This document shows, one piece after another, positions 14,901 to 19,597 of a DNA stretch of 45,149 bases (position 1 is the first letter of the stretch; each line of letters begins with the position of its first letter). Made by a program: the position numbers and the translations under genes. The stretch spans positions 1 to 45,149 of IMG/VR virus record IMGVR_UViG_3300035492_000074, one strand, 5' to 3'. The stretch is from a virus. A model generated the notes under the pieces. It worked only from the letters and a program-made list of their open reading frames with translations. It made no database searches and was not told the DNA's origin.

Positions 14901-14941
14901 CCGCGGCTGGGTTCGAGACTGATCGGTATCGCAAGGACTGA
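11924..14941 (+). CDS. Family A DNA polymerase (3'-5' exonuclease plus polymerase), interrupted by an in-frame intein (13781..14701)
   Basis: The Exo I motif is ILWADTETYCE. The polymerase motifs are LVIADLSNIEGR (A), RQIGKVMELALGYEGG (B) and LLTVHDELITE (C). The extein junction is ...HTYGGKL|intein|CENVTQAAARD. Without the intein the protein is 698 aa. Confidence 0.85.
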   Translation: MTDFKHILWADTETYCETPISAGLHRYAENVEVMLFQWALDDGEVYDHDFTEDPRMPKELREMLLDPSVQLRFHNAAFDRTVIRWGLGLDIPVERWFCTMSQAYAHSMPGSLDKLGEAQGLEEDQRKLKIGSQLIQLFCRPRPKNQTLRRATRITHPVEWAQFRAYGKQDVAQMRDSSKRLPTWNYRGQELALWHLDQRINDRGVAIDLDLAHGAVETAEREKRELKRRGQVITNGEVESLTKRDQLLAHLLAEYGVDLPDLQKATLERRIDDPDLPEALKELLRMRLDATTTSVAKYKTLLKAVSSDGRLRGVLQFCGAARTGRWAGRVFQPQNLPRPSHKQREIDQSIALTKAGALDLAYADVMARLSSCVRGAIIAPEGRKLVIADLSNIEGRTLAWLAGEEWKLQAFRDFDAGVGHDLYALAYAKAFGVSPEAVMDNKEYGDGSWRQIGKVMELALGYEGGVGAFLTFAAVYGIDLEAMADQAAAAIPKDVWGEARGMLEWTKKKRRSTFGLSDRAWLVCESFKRLWRYAHPETTAFWKELDQTVRAATGSPGVTLPCRRLKIRRDGSWLRIALPSGRALCYPSPKIDDKGRISYMGVHQYTRKWTRLHTYGGKLCLAFDTKVLTCSGWVAIQQVTAAHKVWDGVEWVEQDGMVCNGEAEVIQAHGAWMTPDHEVLTDEGWKIASQSERYNRAACRLPDGVALPRVEQREEVRVGDALRLRSGEVDGRIGILEAGQEGNIGVLRLHAEAVYRPAEHLARDVKASGVRGVVEHACPVQSSDACGVQELRRAWDLGVPGVGGVVRGVLGGHGADLQAGVDAGSGGQRRELHADKLPLGYAHHAGQEQAEVEGCADALGRDVDSGAVRAHGVGHVDDLLPAGAQRNAGAAGGGARRIAQVYDLVNCGPRNRFVVATPDGPLIVHNCENVTQAAARDVMAHGMLLADPAGYEILLTVHDELITETPDTDEFTVDGLAGFMATVPDWAPGLPLAAAGFETDRYRKD
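13781..14701 (+). mobile_element. Intein (307 codons) in the polymerase gene
   Basis: It starts with Cys (CLAFDTKVLT, block A). Block B is MTPDHEVLTDEGW, block F-like is VYDLVNCGPRNRFVVA, and it ends LIVHN followed by the +1 Cys (block G). Local GC and codon usage differ from the flanking polymerase sequence. Confidence 0.8.
13968..14639 (+). CDS. HNH/AP2-like homing-endonuclease-type ORF nested inside the intein in the +1 frame
   Basis: 223 aa. Motifs are [10 protein letters not shown]...CDCG...SCGC...[11 protein letters not shown]...[57 protein letters not shown], a family common as phage endonuclease-like ORFs. Third codon positions are G/C-rich in this frame, whereas the polymerase frame here is G/A/R/V low-complexity. 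The ORF fills the gap between intein blocks B and F exactly. Confidence 0.7.
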   Translation: [223 protein letters not shown]

Positions 14942-14943
14942 TG

Positions 14944-14973
14944 TTGCTCAGCCGGTTAAGCATCTGCTAAAGT
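14944..14973 (+). promoter_or_regulatory. Internal sigma70-like promoter with the palindromic element (TTGCTC-18-TAAAGT)
   Basis: It begins 3 nt after the polymerase stop. The spacer contains TTAAGCATCTGCTAAAG. It lies 24 nt upstream of the VRR-NUC ATG. Confidence 0.45.
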
Positions 14974-14996
14974 ACAGGCTCAAGAGGGTTAACCGA

Positions 14997-15311
14997 ATGC
15001 GTGAACGGGATATTGAGCAGCACCTCGTAAAGCGGGTGAAAGCCGAGGGCGGCGAGGTGCGCAAGATCCAGTGGATCGGCCGCCGCGGCGCACCGGATCG
15101 GTTGGTGCTGCTGCCGCTGCGGGTCTTCGACTGGGGCGATATGGGCGAGAGACCCTACCCACGGCAGCCCGAGGCGATTTTTGTGGAGCTGAAGGCGCCC
15201 GGTAAGAAGCCGGAGCCGCACCAGGAAAGAGAACACCAGCGCCTCCGGGCGATGGGTCAACGGGTCGAGGTGATCGACTCAATAGAAGGCGTAGAGAGGC
15301 TATTGCAATGA
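14997..15311 (+). CDS. VRR-NUC domain nuclease
   Basis: 104 aa. Motifs are GAPDRLVLL ... IFVELKAPGKKPEPHQ (PD-(D/E)XK of VRR-NUC type). RBS is AGAGGG. Confidence 0.75.
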   Translation: MRERDIEQHLVKRVKAEGGEVRKIQWIGRRGAPDRLVLLPLRVFDWGDMGERPYPRQPEAIFVELKAPGKKPEPHQEREHQRLRAMGQRVEVIDSIEGVERLLQ

Positions 15312-15502
15312 GAACACTTAGCGAGCAAGAACGCGAAGACATGCTGCTGGATTTTGCCGAGCGGGCGATGGCGGCGCTGATCCCCACATTCGGCGAGTTC
15401 GTCGAGCCGCGGCGCAACGTGATTGCGCACAAGGCCTTCCTAATGGCCGATGCTATGGTGACGGCCTACGAGCAACGCAACTGGGAGCACCCGACATGCT
15501 GA
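15308..15502 (+). CDS. Hypothetical protein (64 aa)
   Basis: ATGA overlap with the VRR-NUC stop. Confidence 0.6.
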   Translation: MRTLSEQEREDMLLDFAERAMAALIPTFGEFVEPRRNVIAHKAFLMADAMVTAYEQRNWEHPTC

Positions 15503-15648
15503 CCTATCCGCTGATGCACGAGCCGGGCACCCTGCCCTTCCATCAGATGCTTGCCCAGCTGCGCAAAGGCGTCACCCGCGGCGACATGCAGGAGCTGGCC
15601 CTGGAGAAGTTCCGCCGCGAGATGAAGCAGCGGGGTGGCTTGGATTGA
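15496..15648 (+). CDS. Possible small ORF (50 aa)
   Basis: Translated by hand: MLTYPLMHEPGTLPFHQMLAQLRKGVTRGDMQELALEKFRREMKQRGGLD. The ATG overlaps the upstream stop (ATGCTGA), and third positions are GC-rich. Confidence 0.45.
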   Translation: MLTYPLMHEPGTLPFHQMLAQLRKGVTRGDMQELALEKFRREMKQRGGLD

Positions 15649-15812
15649 CCGAGCTGCAGAAGCGCGTCCGCGCATTCACCGGCGAGCAGCGGGTCATCCC
15701 CTGCTCGCACGACCACAAGCTGCAAGGCACCGGCGTCTTCTACCAGAGCGCCGGTCTTATCCAATGCGCCACCTGCAAGGGCTGGCAGATTATCCGCAGG
15801 CCAATCGAATGA
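15645..15812 (+). CDS. Possible small zinc-ribbon-like ORF (55 aa, TTG start)
   Basis: Translated by hand: (L)TELQKRVRAFTGEQRVIPCSHDHKLQGTGVFYQSAGLIQCATCKGWQIIRRPIE. There is a TTGA overlap with the upstream stop and an ATGA overlap with the next gene. GGGGTGG lies 5-6 nt upstream. Confidence 0.4.
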   Translation: MTELQKRVRAFTGEQRVIPCSHDHKLQGTGVFYQSAGLIQCATCKGWQIIRRPIE

Positions 15813-16207
15813 CCAAGATGATCGAAGTGAAGACCGCCGAGCTGATCGGGCCTGCGCTGGATTGGACGGTGGCAAAGGCAATAGGGCTTGCCGTGTTCAC
15901 GCTTCCGAAAGACAACCCCGAAGAAAAATGGCAAGTGCAGAGGCGCCTGTACACCGGCGGTCCTTTCTGGCCGTCACAGGATTGGGCGCAAGGTGGGCCG
16001 CTACTGACCGAGTACCAATTGGAGTTCTCGATAGACGAAGACACGAATAGTGTCGGTGCTAGCCTGCTGGCGTGGCGGTCGCACGGTAAATCGCACCGCA
16101 CCCGCTGGAGCAAAGGGCCGGGCCACCTCATCGCCGCCTGCCGCGCCATCGTTGCCGCCAAGCTCGGCGACACGGTGCAGGTGCCTGCCGGGCTGCTAGC
16201 AGAATGA
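15809..16207 (+). CDS. DUF2591-like (NinX-like) protein
   Basis: MTKMIEVKTAELIGPALDWTVAKAIG... matches the conserved N-terminal motif of that family. The upstream part of the 190-aa ORF lacks coding character. Confidence 0.6.
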   Translation: MTKMIEVKTAELIGPALDWTVAKAIGLAVFTLPKDNPEEKWQVQRRLYTGGPFWPSQDWAQGGPLLTEYQLEFSIDEDTNSVGASLLAWRSHGKSHRTRWSKGPGHLIAACRAIVAAKLGDTVQVPAGLLAE

Positions 16208-17580
16208 CCCGCGAGTACACACCGCGCGAGTACCAGGGCCTGGGTATCGGGCATCTGCTCGATGTCCCGCGCTGCGCGCTGCACTCCGGCACCGGCACCG
16301 GCAAGACCTCGATGGTGCTGACCGCGGCGGACATCCTGCTGCTATCCGGGGAGTCGAACAAGATCCTCTGCCTTGGCCCGCTGCGCGTGGCCCGCGACGT
16401 GTGGACCGATGAGGCGCTGAAGTGGGAGCACACCCAGCACCTGCGCATCGCCAAGGTGCTGGGTAGCGAGGCGCAACGCAAGGCCGCGCTGCGCCAGAAC
16501 GCCGACATCTACGTCACGAACTACGAGCAGCTGCCCTGGCTCGTGAAGTACCTGGGCGACAACTGGCCGTTCGACACCGTGGTGGCGGACGAGGCGACGA
16601 AGCTCAAGGGATTCCGGCTGCGCCAGGGTGGTCAGCGCACGAAGGCCCTGGGCCGGGTGGCGCATAAGAAGGTGCGCCGCTTCATCGAGCTGTCCGGTAC
16701 GCCAGCGCCGAACGGCACAAAGGACCTGTGGGGGCAGATGTGGTTCCTCGACGGGGGCAAGCGCTTGGGCCGCACCTTCACCGCGTTCGAGGAGCGCTGG
16801 TTCCAGCGCGGCCGTGACGGCTTCACCCTCGAGCCACTGCCGCATGCGTTCGGCGAGGTCACTGCGCTGATCGACGATCTGTGCCTGTCGATCCAGGCCA
16901 AGGACTACTTCGACCTGCACGAGCCCATCGTCAACAACATCGAGGTGGTGTTACCGCCGAAGGCGATGGCTGCGTACCGGGAGATGGAGAAGCTCATGTT
17001 CTTGGAGATCCAGCAGGTAGGCATCGAGGCCTTCAACGCAGCGAGCCGCACGATCAAGTGCCTGCAGCTGGCCAACGGCGCGATCTACCTCGACGAGAAG
17101 ACCGACACCTGGGCTGAGCTGCACAACGGCAAGATCGAAGCCCTGGAGTCGATCGTCGAGGAGGCCAGCGGCCTGCCGGTGCTGGTGTCCTACAAGTTCA
17201 AAAGCGACCGCGAGCGGCTGCTCAAGCACTTCAAGGGCGCCGTAGACCTGGCAACCCCCGCCGGCATGGCGAAGTTCCGCACCGGCACCGCACCGGTGGG
17301 GATCGGGCACCCCGCATCGATTGGCCACGGCATCGACGGGCTGCAGGACGTGACCAATATCATTGTGTTCTTCGGGCTCGACTACAACCTCGAGGAGCGC
17401 CAACAGATCATCGAGCGGATCGGCCCGACGCGCCAGTTCCAGTCAGGCCACGACCGCCCGGTGTTCATCCACAACCTGGTCGCCAAGGGCACGCTCGACG
17501 AGCTTGTCCTTGCGCGGGTCGAAACCAAAGCAAGTGTCCAGCAGCTGTTGCTGGACCGATTGAAGGGAGTGAAAGCATGA
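16204..17580 (+). CDS. SNF2-family helicase
   Basis: Motif I is HSGTGTGKTS and motif II is VVADEATKLK. A helicase C-terminal region follows. There is an ATGA overlap upstream. Confidence 0.85.
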   Translation: MTREYTPREYQGLGIGHLLDVPRCALHSGTGTGKTSMVLTAADILLLSGESNKILCLGPLRVARDVWTDEALKWEHTQHLRIAKVLGSEAQRKAALRQNADIYVTNYEQLPWLVKYLGDNWPFDTVVADEATKLKGFRLRQGGQRTKALGRVAHKKVRRFIELSGTPAPNGTKDLWGQMWFLDGGKRLGRTFTAFEERWFQRGRDGFTLEPLPHAFGEVTALIDDLCLSIQAKDYFDLHEPIVNNIEVVLPPKAMAAYREMEKLMFLEIQQVGIEAFNAASRTIKCLQLANGAIYLDEKTDTWAELHNGKIEALESIVEEASGLPVLVSYKFKSDRERLLKHFKGAVDLATPAGMAKFRTGTAPVGIGHPASIGHGIDGLQDVTNIIVFFGLDYNLEERQQIIERIGPTRQFQSGHDRPVFIHNLVAKGTLDELVLARVETKASVQQLLLDRLKGVKA

Positions 17581-17945
17581 CCAATCGAATCGACATCATC
17601 GGCCAGAACGGTCCAACCGGCGAGCACTATGACAAGACGTTCCCCAACCGCGAACCCTCACAAGTGCAGCGGACGCTGGACTACGCGAGTCTGAACCTCG
17701 TGCTCGAGCGCGCCTATGACCAAGCGGCCTACGGCAAGGGCGCCCAACGCCACGCCGGCGGTCAGGCCTTCGAGGACCAGCCCATGCAGAAGCTGATCGA
17801 CCTGTACGGCTTGGGCTTCGCCCTCGGCCAGGCAGGCAAGAAGATGCAGGAGTCCCTCCGCATGGACACCGAGGCCGCAGTGCGCGAGCTGCTGGGCGCG
17901 ATCAACTACATCGCCGGGGCGATCATCCATCTGGAGAAGAAGTAA
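17577..17945 (+). CDS. Hypothetical protein (122 aa)
   Basis: ATGA overlap with the helicase stop. The motif YGKGAQRHAGGQAFEDQP...GQAGKKMQES is conserved-looking, but I cannot place it confidently. Confidence 0.7.
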   Translation: MTNRIDIIGQNGPTGEHYDKTFPNREPSQVQRTLDYASLNLVLERAYDQAAYGKGAQRHAGGQAFEDQPMQKLIDLYGLGFALGQAGKKMQESLRMDTEAAVRELLGAINYIAGAIIHLEKK

Positions 17946-18130
17946 TGGCTGACCAATTCGATACCGCCGCGGAGCTGGAAGAGCTGCACCGGCAGCAGGC
18001 CTTGGCCAACCGCCCAAAGCCAGATCTTCAGCCAGGCGTGGAGGGCGACTGCGAGTTCTGCGGTTACTGGTCCGGCCGCCTGGTGCATGGCGCCTGTGCG
18101 CCTTGCCGGGACAAATACAAGCTGCCGTAG
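17945..18130 (+). CDS. TraR/DksA-family C4 zinc-finger protein
   Basis: 61 aa with CEFCG...(11)...CAPC near the C-terminus. There is a TAATG overlap upstream. Confidence 0.7.
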   Translation: MADQFDTAAELEELHRQQALANRPKPDLQPGVEGDCEFCGYWSGRLVHGACAPCRDKYKLP

Positions 18131-18140
18131 CCAGCGCAAA

Positions 18141-18168
18141 AAGGAAAGGCCCCGAGGGGCCTTTTCCA
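18141..18168. terminator. Bidirectional intrinsic terminator between the convergent arms
   Basis: GAAAGGCCCC-GA-GGGGCCTTTTCC is flanked by an A-run upstream and a T-run downstream, so both strands read a hairpin plus U-tract. It lies between the stop at 18130 (+) and the stop at 18181 (-). Confidence 0.8.
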
Positions 18169-18180
18169 CATCCGCCAGAG

Positions 18181-18636
18181 CTACTTGCTCTTGGCGATCT
18201 CCTTCGACACGTTGGCCCGCTTCCACCGATCCGCCGTGCGCAGAGTGCCCAGGCCGAGCATGCCGAACAGTAGCTCGAACAGGACGTCATCCAGCGAGGG
18301 CAGCGCCGGTATGCCCTCGGCGCCCGCAACCGCCAGCGCCCAAGGCAGCAACGGTCGCAACATGAACTCATACCCGAGGCCAAACACGCACGCCCACCCC
18401 GCCGCCGGGCGCCAGCCACCACGGAAGAAGTCGGACTGCTGCGCCTCTGCCTCGTTGATCCGGGCCTGGGCCAGGTTGACCTGCAGCTCGGCGTCCAGCT
18501 CCTTGAATGCCCCCTCCTGCTGCAGCTTCATCATCTCCAGCTGCGCCTTCGCCCGCTGCTCGGGGTCGGGGATTGCCCGGTCGAGGACGTTGGACAACGC
18601 GGGGATGAGGGCCGTAGCCAGTCCGACCAGGCTCAT
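18181..18636 (-). CDS. Holin (3-TM holin family-like)
   Basis: 151 aa. It contains ...QARINEAEAQQSDFFRGGWRPAAGWACVFGLGYEFMLRPLLPW... with hydrophobic segments. It lies directly downstream of the endolysin gene. Confidence 0.7.
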   Translation of the reverse strand: MSLVGLATALIPALSNVLDRAIPDPEQRAKAQLEMMKLQQEGAFKELDAELQVNLAQARINEAEAQQSDFFRGGWRPAAGWACVFGLGYEFMLRPLLPWALAVAGAEGIPALPSLDDVLFELLFGMLGLGTLRTADRWKRANVSKEIAKSK

Positions 18637-18639
18637 GGG

Positions 18640-19119
18640 TCAATCCTCGATCAGGTTGAACGCAATACGGCGGGCCCAGCCGCGCGCGAAGTCGGGCCAG
18701 ACCTTGAGGTCCGCCATGAACCGGAGTCGGTGGCCGTTGAAGCGTTTGTCGATCAGCTGCGGATCTGCAGCGCGGACAGCGGCCAAGGTCTGCGGGCCGA
18801 TGATGCCGTCGTCCGGTACGCCGACGGCGCGCTGCAGGAACTTGGCCGCCTGCGCCACACCAGAGTTGACCGCGGTATCGAACAGGTCAAACCGGAGCGC
18901 ATCCGGCAGCTCGTCGGCGCGGATCTCGGACCAGTAGGATCGCCGGTATATGTCCTTGGCAATGCTGCGTGGCATGTTGCGCATCGGGCCGTAGTAGCCG
19001 TGCGCTCGGGCAACCCGGAAGGTTATACCCCACATCGTCTCGCCACCAGGGTCGCGCGGGTTGTTGGAGTAGCCACCCTCGTGGCCGATGAGGACGTCGA
19101 ACGCTCGGTCGAAGTTCAC
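18640..19119 (-). CDS. Endolysin, GH108-type N-terminal domain with a PG_binding_3-like C-terminus
   Basis: MNFDRAFDVLIGHEGGYSNNPRDPGGETMWGIT is the GH108 signature. The C-terminus reads NGHRLRFMADL...FARGWARRI. Confidence 0.85.
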   Translation of the reverse strand: MNFDRAFDVLIGHEGGYSNNPRDPGGETMWGITFRVARAHGYYGPMRNMPRSIAKDIYRRSYWSEIRADELPDALRFDLFDTAVNSGVAQAAKFLQRAVGVPDDGIIGPQTLAAVRAADPQLIDKRFNGHRLRFMADLKVWPDFARGWARRIAFNLIED

Positions 19120-19382
19120 GGCTGGCGCCTCTTGATCAGCTCGAGGATCTCCCCGCGCAGGGCGCGGAGTTCAAACTTGACTTCCCCCGTCAGGTCTTTC
19201 ATGTCCTGCTGGGCGCGCTGGGCGACCTCCGTTTGGGTGTTAACCCGCTCCTCGAGCACCGCCACCCGCTTGTCCATGTTGTTTGCGTAGGTGAACATCG
19301 AGCCGGCGATGGCGACGGTCGTTAGGATGTGGCTGATGTTGAACGTCTTGTCCAAGTGCCACTGTCGGCGATCTTCAGGCAT
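19116..19382 (-). CDS. Lysis-cassette membrane protein (N-terminal TM plus coiled coil); holin/antiholin or i-spanin-like
   Basis: The ATG at 19382 gives MPEDRRQWHLDKTFNISHILTTVAIAGSMFTYANN..., followed by a heptad-like region. The stop overlaps the endolysin start (ATGA-type). The longer 115-aa ORF begins at a TTG with no RBS. Confidence 0.55.
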   Translation of the reverse strand: MPEDRRQWHLDKTFNISHILTTVAIAGSMFTYANNMDKRVAVLEERVNTQTEVAQRAQQDMKDLTGEVKFELRALRGEILELIKRRQP

Positions 19383-19500
19383 CAGATTGCAAACCCCCCG
19401 AAGCGCATCTCCCGGCGGTCTGCTCGAGGCTGTGGCTGGTGCGGAAGCAGGCGGCGGGCTCAAACGCTTCTAACATATAGTTGGGGACTTTGGTGGTCAT
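19375..19500 (-). CDS. Possible small ORF (41 aa)
   Basis: AGGAG lies 9 nt upstream of the ATG at 19500. Sequence is MTTKVPNYMLEAFEPAACFRTSHSLEQTAGRCASGGLQSDA. It overlaps the next start by 8 nt and was translated by hand. Confidence 0.3.
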   Translation of the reverse strand: MTTKVPNYMLEAFEPAACFRTSHSLEQTAGRCASGGLQSDA

Positions 19501-19561
19501 TCATGGCCGCTCCTGGGACTATGCCCCGGAGGGTAAAGCCCAGATGCTGGCCTAAGCGCAC

Positions 19562-19589
19562 CAAAGAAAAAGCCCCGGCTGGCGGGGCT
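19562..19589 (-). terminator. Intrinsic terminator after the tail fibre gene
   Basis: The minus strand reads AGCCCCGCCAGCCGGGGCT followed by TTTTTCTTTGG, starting 9 nt after the stop at 19598. Confidence 0.7.
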
Positions 19590-19597
19590 GTTAGGAC

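Noticed and set aside
19383-19463. Longer 115-aa version of the lysis-cassette membrane protein
   Set aside because: It starts at a TTG without an RBS and adds a Pro/Ala/Ser-rich leader. The internal ATG at 19382 gives a typical N-terminal TM protein.
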